Shown here in pieces: positions 1-8,022 of a stretch of 64,000 bases of DNA (position 1 is the first letter of the stretch; every line of letters starts with the position of its first letter). This stretch comes from a virus (lineage: Duplodnaviria; Caudoviricetes). The DNA is taken from IMG/VR virus record IMGVR_UViG_3300014208_000023, positions 160,001 through 224,000 of that record; one strand, 5' to 3'. The position numbers and the translations under genes were made by a program. The notes beneath the pieces are model-generated. The model was given only the letters and a program-made list of their open reading frames with translations, made no database searches and was not told the DNA's origin.

Positions 1-3000
1 GTGCTACCGAAAACTGCCAAATTTGCTTGCGAATTCAATTGTTGCGCTACGCCATCAAGATAGGTTGGATCGGCCTTTAATTTAACCGTAGTAACATTTT
101 TAGTTATAGAGCCAAGGGTGTCTGATAAGAAACTAAAGTTACCCCCACTAATTACGTTTGACTCTCCTATAGTAGAATTGATGAGCTGTGTAGCTTGTCC
201 GTCATCAGTTTTGCCAAGAGCAAAGCAATATAGTCTAATGCGGTCCTCAAGAATTTCAATTCTTTTATATACATCACTTATTTGAGTGATGAATAAGTCT
301 TCTAAGAATTGAGGGAAAACTTGAATACCAGTCTCATCTTTTTGTTGCAACATTTTATAGAAAACGGAGCTTGGCATCCTATTGTATTTTGGATTCCTTA
401 TTTCTATATGTCCTTGTGTATTGCAAAATACTTCAAGCTTTAGCTTATCAGCTACTGATATTATTTGTTGTGATACCGTAGTATAATCGCTCTTAAAGAT
501 ACTTAAATTAGCAAATGATTGTTCGAATGCCTGAATGTCATAATCTTTATCATAAGTATCATCAACTATAAATAAATTAACATCTTCATTAGCTCTAACT
601 TTCCAAGCTAATCTTCTGGTTAAGAATTTTATTTTTTTACGTAATTCTCTTCTACTTTTAACTGTTGGAGATAATTTACTATCTAATTTAAAATCAGTAT
701 AATCATATGATATATCATTGCCAATTACTTTGATTGGAGGATTATCTTTATTATTAATCTCTTTATGTATGCTAGTTATTTTTTCTTGTATTGCGGTATC
801 ATACTTTAACATGGCCGTTCTTAATCCGGCAACCGCAGTAGAGTCTGGGGCTAAAAACGCCATCTTATCCGCCAATGCCGCACGCTCTTCCGTTAGTTTT
901 CGAAGATCGGAATCAAACTTAAGGGCAGTTAATTGGCTACCCATTATCTTTTCGAAACTAGCTTCATCCATAGTTAATAATTTGAATGGAATAAAGTTAC
1001 CGTAGATAGCATTCTTATTTTTTATGTCAGCGCGAAGGCCTCTAAAATAAGAAACCGCAGATGTCTGATTAGTTATAAAATCTCTAGATAGAGTTCCAGT
1101 TTTTGTTGCGCCTTGGTAGTATGTTGCATAATTATATGGCTCACCAGTTATCAATAGAGATAACACATTCATTATATCTTGACCGGAGAATGGATCTTCA
1201 GTTAGAGATTGTCCTCTAGGAGCTCCTGGCTGATAACTATCTCCAAATAAAACTAGTGAAGCAATTCCCTGTTTCCACCTATATACTAATCCCTCAGGAT
1301 CATAAAAAGGCTGTTCCTGTTGTTTTCCTTTAATAGGTTGTGGAATATTTGAGCTAACTCTATTGAAATATCCGGCCTCTGTTGGAACGGATCCTGCTAA
1401 TGGGCCATTGTTATTTTTAACGAATACCGATTTGAATATCTGTTTATTTTCAGACAATAACTCTGGGTCTTTTCCATTGGCTATTCCAGTTTCAACGCCG
1501 GATACCGTATCATATTTAAGATCGAATGGGGTAAGCGGATCGAACAAAACTCCATTATAAACATCCATTGATGGATTTATATTTACTATTCCGTGCTCGA
1601 AAAATTTAGCGTTATCGCCGCCAGAAGCACTTACTTGATATCCTCCGTTTGAATATCTAGATATCGCTTGCTCAAAAATTCCGGTAAATATGCAGGCGCC
1701 TTGTTTGTCAGCAACGAACTGACTACGAAGAGCGAGCCATAGCGGAGTTGGAAAATCACTGCCGACGAAAATTGATTTTTCTACCGAATACCCGGCATTT
1801 ACATTTAAGGCGTCTTTTATGTTTTGAGTTAAGTCGCTTATACCCTGCATAAGCTTCAGTCCAGTTACTCCGCTTTGTAATCCTCCAGTTATTTTGGAGT
1901 CTAGTTTCTTTTTTGAATTAACAAATATGCTAATGCTATCCATTGGCTGAATAATGAGCTTATTCATATAATGAAGACGAAGTTTTTGTCTTAAAACATT
2001 TAATCTATTATTTTTATCACTGTTAGACGTTACTGCTCTTCGTTTGCTATTTTCAGTTAGCGATAACTGATTATACATTGCACTAACTATATTAACAAAT
2101 AATTTGGCTTCAGTCTTCGAAAGGCCTTGTTCTCCATATTCTTTATTGTAAGCAGGATTTTCTAATAGTATAGTGGAATCTATGGCAGAATCAACTGCCG
2201 CACTTCCAAATAAATTGGTGCCGCTACTTATATTGAAATTAATCTCTATTCCAGCAACATCTATTATTGCCCTAATACGCTTGCTAACTAATGTGCCCGG
2301 CTCTAATATAAATCGTATTGGATTAACATTTCTAGATGCTCTTTCTAGACTTAACTGACCTTTTTGTATTTCTAAAGTATCTTCGGCAAATTTAGTTAAA
2401 AGCTGAAAACCTTTATTGTTATAAAGAGCATTATTTGCGGAAGATATTGCGGTTTCAATATCATTGCTAGTAATGGTCATTATGTTATATGGGTCAGAGA
2501 AATTTATATTAAATCTTCCCTGTCCGAACTGCAGTCCGGTGGTAGTTGAAAAATCCATCGCGGTAGTAAATTCGATTACTCCAGTTCCCTCACCAAAACC
2601 ATTGGTATTGCTTGGGTTGCTTTGCCACGTAGTATATCTGGCATCCGTATTAAACGCCAGAATTCTTCTGACCCTATTAACGGTATCTTTGAACTTGCCG
2701 AGATTAACTCCAACCGCATCTAGCGCATCTACTGCTCCAAATAAAATTGGCAATAGGTGATAATCTACCTCTCCAATTTGCGTAGATATTTGAGCTATCT
2801 TGGTAAGCTTTTCATAATTACTAATTTGCTTACATTTATTTTGAAATAATGTTTTTGTAGCAAGAAGAAATATTCTTTCATCTTTATCCATTAAGTCTGG
2901 TCGAAAATTCTCAGCTAAAGAAGCAAATGCCCTCTTCTTAACTAAAATCGTGGCTTCTGGTTCCTGAAGCAAAATATCTAACTGTTTTGGCGTTGCGTCG

Positions 3001-3167
3001 CCAAAATGATTTCTAAAATATCCCTGTTCGGTATATGAGCGCTGGGCAGATCTATCATATTTATTTGCGAACGAACCTAAATTCGCAGATTTTACTTTAT
3101 TTTCGCCCGTGTAAAATTGCTGATCCAGCGCATCACCTAAATTTGAAAGAAAATCATCAACACTCAT
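1..3167 (-). CDS. Large tail/baseplate-associated protein (hub-like); 3' end lies outside the window
   Basis: Not in the ORF track because it has no stop in the window. ATG at 3167 (MSVDDFLSNLGDALDQQF...); frame read open by hand to position 1 (...QQLNSQANLAVFGS). It follows the tape measure and tube-initiator-like genes. The function is inferred from position only. Confidence 0.6.
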   Translation of the reverse strand, partial: MSVDDFLSNLGDALDQQFYTGENKVKSANLGSFANKYDRSAQRSYTEQGYFRNHFGDATPKQLDILLQEPEATILVKKRAFASLAENFRPDLMDKDERIFLLATKTLFQNKCKQISNYEKLTKIAQISTQIGEVDYHLLPILFGAVDALDAVGVNLGKFKDTVNRVRRILAFNTDARYTTWQSNPSNTNGFGEGTGVIEFTTAMDFSTTTGLQFGQGRFNINFSDPYNIMTITSNDIETAISSANNALYNNKGFQLLTKFAEDTLEIQKGQLSLERASRNVNPIRFILEPGTLVSKRIRAIIDVAGIEINFNISSGTNLFGSAAVDSAIDSTILLENPAYNKEYGEQGLSKTEAKLFVNIVSAMYNQLSLTENSKRRAVTSNSDKNNRLNVLRQKLRLHYMNKLIIQPMDSISIFVNSKKKLDSKITGGLQSGVTGLKLMQGISDLTQNIKDALNVNAGYSVEKSIFVGSDFPTPLWLALRSQFVADKQGACIFTGIFEQAISRYSNGGYQVSASGGDNAKFFEHGIVNINPSMDVYNGVLFDPLTPFDLKYDTVSGVETGIANGKDPELLSENKQIFKSVFVKNNNGPLAGSVPTEAGYFNRVSSNIPQPIKGKQQEQPFYDPEGLVYRWKQGIASLVLFGDSYQPGAPRGQSLTEDPFSGQDIMNVLSLLITGEPYNYATYYQGATKTGTLSRDFITNQTSAVSYFRGLRADIKNKNAIYGNFIPFKLLTMDEASFEKIMGSQLTALKFDSDLRKLTEERAALADKMAFLAPDSTAVAGLRTAMLKYDTAIQEKITSIHKEINNKDNPPIKVIGNDISYDYTDFKLDSKLSPTVKSRRELRKKIKFLTRRLAWKVRANEDVNLFIVDDTYDKDYDIQAFEQSFANLSIFKSDYTTVSQQIISVADKLKLEVFCNTQGHIEIRNPKYNRMPSSVFYKMLQQKDETGIQVFPQFLEDLFITQISDVYKRIEILEDRIRLYCFALGKTDDGQATQLINSTIGESNVISGGNFSFLSDTLGSITKNVTTVKLKADPTYLDGVAQQLNSQANLAVFGS

Positions 3168-3176
3168 ATTTACTTT

Positions 3177-4088
3177 TTAAATTCCAAATGGATTACTGCC
3201 GCCGCTACCAAATTCGGATTTGATTCCGGTTTTTGGTAAATGCCCACCAATACCAGAATAAGATAGTGGAACTGAAGAAGAGCTTCCTGGATCAATGAAG
3301 CCATCAACTGCGCTTCTTTGATTTGCAAATGTATTTGTTCTATATCCTCTTCTTTGAGTTACTACGAATTTAATGCTGTATTTGAAAAAGCCCATCTGAT
3401 CTACGCTCTCTGTAATATTCATAGATGAGAAGTATCCTCTAAAAACCCACCCTGAATAATAGAACTCAATACCTGTAGCCATAGCGGCCAAAGATGGAAC
3501 ATCTTTTGGAAGAACACTCTGCCCAGTTGGGCTACCGCCAATTAAACCAGCAACCGACGCGCCAGCAGCACCTAAAATGCCACCTATTCCTGCACCTCCC
3601 AAAGCGCTATCAACAAGATCATTAATGCCGGACACTGTGCTATCCGCAGCCATTGTTAGAGCAATGCTGTCAAACATATATTGTTCTGCTCTGTATATTT
3701 CAAATAGAACGTTTAGGCCTTCAACTCCAGAACTACCGGTGTGTCCCTCAAGTGATAGTTCAGAAAGATCTTCTCCCCAATATTGAATAATAAATCCGCC
3801 TTTTGTTCTTTCTTTATTTATTAACTTGGTATTGGTATAATTTATGGATTGTGGATTTATAAACATTGGTATTATTCCAACCTCTGGAACGAACCAATGG
3901 GCAACATGTCTTGTTAGACGGCCTTTACGGCCTGGCCTTATTTTTGATGCAGGAAGACCATTACCGTCAGCCGTAGGCATAGGTGGAGTTATAAAGCCAT
4001 TTTGTTCAAAATCTTGAATAGTATAGCTTTTTTCACCGCTATCAGCAGTGCCAGCAAGATTTTCTATTATATCATTAAGTAGTGGCAT
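3177..4088 (-). CDS. Putative tail tube initiator / baseplate centre protein
   Basis: INPQSINY...KERTKGGFIIQYWGEDLSELSLEG and GWVFRGYFSSMNITES...KYSIKF pattern resembles tube-fold baseplate initiators; directly downstream of the tape measure gene. Confidence 0.5.
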   Translation of the reverse strand: MPLLNDIIENLAGTADSGEKSYTIQDFEQNGFITPPMPTADGNGLPASKIRPGRKGRLTRHVAHWFVPEVGIIPMFINPQSINYTNTKLINKERTKGGFIIQYWGEDLSELSLEGHTGSSGVEGLNVLFEIYRAEQYMFDSIALTMAADSTVSGINDLVDSALGGAGIGGILGAAGASVAGLIGGSPTGQSVLPKDVPSLAAMATGIEFYYSGWVFRGYFSSMNITESVDQMGFFKYSIKFVVTQRRGYRTNTFANQRSAVDGFIDPGSSSSVPLSYSGIGGHLPKTGIKSEFGSGGSNPFGI

Positions 4089-6274
4089 TAGTATCCTGGA
4101 TCATTTTTTGGTTTTATAAATGTAGAGCGATGAACTGGGCTGCGTCCCGGAGCAGCATTAAAACCATTCATATCATCTTCTTGATTGATGTTATTATTAG
4201 TAGATGATTGTTTTGCGGTAAAGAATTTTTCAAATTCTTTATTAGTTTCTACCTTAACTACTACGCTAATTTCTTTTTTTGACTGAATATTAGCATTCGT
4301 CACCGCGGCCATGGTTCCAGCACGATTTCTCTGATCCGCATTTCTTGTTAAATCTTTTCTATTAACAACATTACCGTTAGTTGCTCCTGTAAGTATATTT
4401 GGATCTGGCAAACTAGGAGTATTTTTTTGTATATCTTTATTTTTATTATTTTCTTTTAATTTATCATTAAGCATTTTTAATGCAGATGCGCCACCTGTTA
4501 CATCACCTAATGCGCCTTCAGTCATTGACTTAATTCCACCCAAACTCTCTTTCAATCCTACTGATAGCTGTTCATATGCATCAATCATAGTTTGAGAGTT
4601 TATTTTTTTACCTTCATTTTCTGTAACGCCCTTTAATTCTCTAGATTCTTTATCGCCACCTCTGCTCTGGGCCGCCATCGCTCCAGATGATAGCAGCTGT
4701 AATATATTGGAGTTTCCAGATCCTAAATTTTCCCTCATACGCATTAGCGCTGACATTTGAGTTGCCATGGCGGTTCTTTCGCTAGCCAAAGCAACCTTAT
4801 TAAGTATTGTATTAGTTTCTTTTTGCAAGCTATTACCTTGGTTAGCTACAGATTCTAGTGCTTTATCTCCTACCTTTGCCGCCTTACCTAAATTACCTGA
4901 AGCCAATGCATCAAGTAATTTAGTTGCCTTTTCATCGGCACCAGGACCAGAGCCAACCATATTTCCGAATACTCCGCTTTTCATCATCTCTCGCTGCTTA
5001 ACGAACTGCGCTGCGGCATCTTGGCTTTTGGTAGCCTCATCTGATGTAACAATTCTGCCTCCGAATTGCTGCTTCATAGTATTTAGAACCATCATCATTA
5101 CTTCATCGGACTTTCCTTCACGATTTAGTTTTTCCATTTGCATCGCTCCCTGAAATCCTCCAGGGCCACCGGAACGTGCAGATACAAAGGCTTTAGTTCC
5201 AATAGTTAGCTCGCCAACTGACTTTATCATTCCTTGAATAATATCTGTAGAGGCGCTTGATGTTAGTCCAGTATTGCGTAATGCATCCATAAACTTCATC
5301 ATTACTCTGGCCGCCGCTTCAGTGTTATTACCAACATACTTAAATTGTTCAGCTACTTTTCCAAGAAATCCAGCGGTCTCGCCAAATTGCATATTAAGAT
5401 CTTTAGATAGCGTAGACATCGTGGCAAAAAGGGTAAGACCTTTACCAGCCTTATCATTAACGGCCCCCATTGGATTACCAAGATTGACGTATGCAGTGCT
5501 CATTGCCTTCATAACGGCATCCATATTTTGACCTGAACCAGTCATAACTTTCATGGCTGCATTTAGTGAAGACATTTCGCCACCTAGATTTTCACTCATA
5601 GTGATGTTTTCATCCATCACGCCAGGAATAGCATTAAAAGCTTCCGCATATTTTCCAACAGACGCAATAGTCATTCCGTTAGCTTCTGCTACGTTTGATA
5701 GGCTATTCTCATACTTTTGAGTTGTAGCCGCAAGATTTCCAATAATATCACCTTGGTCATCAAACATTTTATTTAAGTTGCCACCTGCAGAAAGCATTCC
5801 CACCATTTGGGCCTCTGCTCTTTGTCCAAATGAAGCATTATCTTTAATATTTGATAGCATTAAATTAAATGTTTTACCTCCAGGAACTTTCTCCATTAGT
5901 TGAGTTAGATGTGTCCATTCAGATCCCATCGATGAAATTTGTTCTTGAATTGTTCCAAAAGTAGCGGTAGATGCTGATAATCCTGAAAACACATCTTTTG
6001 TTTTTGTTATTTCACGAAAAGTAATATAACTTTTACTGAATTTTTCAAAAATTTCTTTGTTTTCAACAACTAGATTATTGATCTCTTTGAATTTTTTAAA
6101 TGTATCTATACCGATTTGTGACAAATCATCAAAAGCAGTTTTAAGCATTCCAGTTAAGGATGCGCTTATATTTTTAATACCTTCTTCTCTTGAAGCTAAA
6201 AATAATTCTTGAGCCTTATTATCTTCTGCTAAAATTTCTGCTGCAGTTTTTGCTTTTGTAGGAGTTTCAGACAT
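4088..6274 (-). CDS. Putative tape measure protein
   Basis: 728 aa, helical and Ala/Gly/Met-rich; canonical position after tube and the frameshifted chaperone pair. Confidence 0.65.
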   Translation of the reverse strand: MSETPTKAKTAAEILAEDNKAQELFLASREEGIKNISASLTGMLKTAFDDLSQIGIDTFKKFKEINNLVVENKEIFEKFSKSYITFREITKTKDVFSGLSASTATFGTIQEQISSMGSEWTHLTQLMEKVPGGKTFNLMLSNIKDNASFGQRAEAQMVGMLSAGGNLNKMFDDQGDIIGNLAATTQKYENSLSNVAEANGMTIASVGKYAEAFNAIPGVMDENITMSENLGGEMSSLNAAMKVMTGSGQNMDAVMKAMSTAYVNLGNPMGAVNDKAGKGLTLFATMSTLSKDLNMQFGETAGFLGKVAEQFKYVGNNTEAAARVMMKFMDALRNTGLTSSASTDIIQGMIKSVGELTIGTKAFVSARSGGPGGFQGAMQMEKLNREGKSDEVMMMVLNTMKQQFGGRIVTSDEATKSQDAAAQFVKQREMMKSGVFGNMVGSGPGADEKATKLLDALASGNLGKAAKVGDKALESVANQGNSLQKETNTILNKVALASERTAMATQMSALMRMRENLGSGNSNILQLLSSGAMAAQSRGGDKESRELKGVTENEGKKINSQTMIDAYEQLSVGLKESLGGIKSMTEGALGDVTGGASALKMLNDKLKENNKNKDIQKNTPSLPDPNILTGATNGNVVNRKDLTRNADQRNRAGTMAAVTNANIQSKKEISVVVKVETNKEFEKFFTAKQSSTNNNINQEDDMNGFNAAPGRSPVHRSTFIKPKNDPGY

Positions 6275-6626
6275 TTATTTTTTTTCTTTTTCGTCTCCGA
6301 GGGGTTAATCTTGCTCTTTCTCTTTCTATTTCGTCACTCATTTCTTTAACAAGTCTAGAAGAGGCTTCAAAATCTTCATCTGAAGAAACCATTGTTTCTG
6401 AATCAGATCCCATGGCTTGCTTAACGCCTTCAGGGTTCATAAAAGATGCGGTTAGATAGCTATTATTTTCCAACAATTTCCAGCTGTCTTGATAGTCCTC
6501 AGCCCAACTATGCTGCATCCAAGCAAGCATGACGGGGTTAAGTTTATCTAAATCCAGTTCGTCAGGAAATTTTCGATATGTTTTACACAGGAACCACAAA
6601 AATCGATGTTCTGGGTCCCTTACTAT
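6267..6626 (-). CDS. C-terminal (-1 frame) part of the long tail assembly chaperone (lambda gpGT-like)
   Basis: The -1 frame is open from the slippery site (IVRDPEHRF-LWFLCKTY...) through ORF 6267..6599, whose only start is a TTG without a clear SD. Confidence 0.75.
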   Translation of the reverse strand: MVRDPEHRFLWFLCKTYRKFPDELDLDKLNPVMLAWMQHSWAEDYQDSWKLLENNSYLTASFMNPEGVKQAMGSDSETMVSSDEDFEASSRLVKEMSDEIERERARLTPRRRKRKKINV

Positions 6627-6632
6627 TTTTTT
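6590..6632 (-). promoter_or_regulatory. Programmed -1 ribosomal frameshift signal
   Basis: A AAA AAA (6632-6626) directly before TAG; 6-nt spacer; then hairpin GGGACC-CAGAA/UUUUG-U-GGUUCC (6619-6590). Confidence 0.75.
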
Positions 6633-7228
6633 AGTTCTTCAGAAACCTCTTTCATATCTTCAACGGTTTTAATTGAAAATTGAGAATCTGAAGTTGTTTT
6701 TAATTCTTGGTATGCCGTAAATAGTTGATCGGTAACGGTTTCTTCAAGATCTTCTAGCATTTTAATCTTATCAGATAGACTATTTACTTTAACCATAACG
6801 GCTATTTCGTGCTGATCAATTTTTATTAAAGAATGAGCTAGAGTGTTAAACTTAAGGTTATAGGCCTCATCTACCTTATTGCTAACATCAACTAGCGTTA
6901 GATATACTTGGCGCTGCTCTCTGGACTTTAATGTGCGCAAAGTAAAGGTAACTCCTCCAATTTTTACATCTTTTGTCATCTTACCAATATCACACAGATA
7001 CTCTAATCTGGTTTTTGACTGCTGGCTAATTGGTGGATTTATCTTCTCTTTTCTTGCGCGGCGTAGGGCCTCTTCTTCTTCGGCAGATACCTCGAATGAA
7101 TCTAGCGGCTGGCCATATGAAGAAAAGCTCTCGTCTGGCATATCTTCATCTCCGCCAATCATGGGAAATTCGCGCATCGTTCGGCTACCAACTGATTTTT
7201 TTAGAACAGGCTTTTGAAAATCTGACAT
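6623..7228 (-). CDS. Tail assembly chaperone (short form)
   Basis: Lies between tube and tape measure; KDVKIGGVTFTLRTL...LAHSLIKID pattern; ends at a slippery heptamer; SD AAGGAG. Confidence 0.75.
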   Translation of the reverse strand: MSDFQKPVLKKSVGSRTMREFPMIGGDEDMPDESFSSYGQPLDSFEVSAEEEEALRRARKEKINPPISQQSKTRLEYLCDIGKMTKDVKIGGVTFTLRTLKSREQRQVYLTLVDVSNKVDEAYNLKFNTLAHSLIKIDQHEIAVMVKVNSLSDKIKMLEDLEETVTDQLFTAYQELKTTSDSQFSIKTVEDMKEVSEELKK

Positions 7229-7292
7229 TTTTCTCCTTTAAACATTACTGGGCTTAAATATGCTATATCTTGCCTTATGGGCTTTATTAAAT

Positions 7293-7328
7293 AATAATGC
7301 CACACTACATTAATAGCGTGGCATTATT
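7293..7328 (-). terminator. Hairpin/terminator after the tail tube gene
   Basis: 15-bp stem AATAATGCCACGCTA/TAGTGTGGCATTATT. One pair is G-U only on the minus strand; the U-tract is weak. Confidence 0.55.
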
Positions 7329-7347
7329 GGTATTTAGTAGGGCTTAA

Positions 7348-7974
7348 TTATACGTTTGTAAAGAAATCGTGAATAAGATCTGGGGCATCCATAGTTCCAC
7401 GGGTTCTTCCAACGTCAGCGGCCTGTTCAACCGAGTTAAGCTGCATAATTGCTCCGCCACGCTCTCCACCAGTTGCTGCTGGTTGATTGCCTTTGATTGA
7501 GCTTTGAATAGCTTCTGCAACCCATTCCATTGAATCGAAAATTAGCCAGTTATCAACCTGGTAGTCGTATGAAATATTGCTAATCCATACATTTTTAATC
7601 TTCGTTACGATTGGGCTATTAACATCTCCGCCCCAGAAATCGTAAATTTCAATATCAAATGGAATTCTTTGTGAATGAACGTGAAGGAAGTCTCTTCCGA
7701 AAGCTTCGCTTGCACGAAGCCGATCGAAACGAACACGTCGGCAAGTGCCAGAAATATCAGTGGATTTCGTAGGCGCCGAGTCGATATGACCATCGGTTCC
7801 AACTTCATCCACCATAGTAATGGTGCGTTGCTCTCTGACAGATAGGGTTTGAATGGCTCCTACTGGAGTATTTCCAACCTTGATAAGAACTTGAGTTGAA
7901 AGTCCAACTCCGGTTCTATTTCTGCCACCAGGGCCATAAATATTACTTCCAGTTTGAGGATAAGGTCCAGCCAT
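7348..7974 (-). CDS. Tail tube protein
   Basis: 208 aa immediately after the sheath; IKVGNTPVGAIQTLSVREQRTITMVDEVGTD tube-like beta pattern; SD GGAG. Confidence 0.75.
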   Translation of the reverse strand: MAGPYPQTGSNIYGPGGRNRTGVGLSTQVLIKVGNTPVGAIQTLSVREQRTITMVDEVGTDGHIDSAPTKSTDISGTCRRVRFDRLRASEAFGRDFLHVHSQRIPFDIEIYDFWGGDVNSPIVTKIKNVWISNISYDYQVDNWLIFDSMEWVAEAIQSSIKGNQPAATGGERGGAIMQLNSVEQAADVGRTRGTMDAPDLIHDFFTNV

Positions 7975-8002
7975 TTAAAGTTCTCCAGTATTATACATTT
8001 TT

Positions 8003-8014
8003 ATGCGAATTATT
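8003..8014 (-). promoter_or_regulatory. Candidate phage late promoter (12-nt variant) upstream of tube
   Basis: AATAATTCGCAT, one nt shorter than the recurring AATAWWNNNRYAT motif. Confidence 0.4.
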
Positions 8015-8022
8015 CATTCTGA

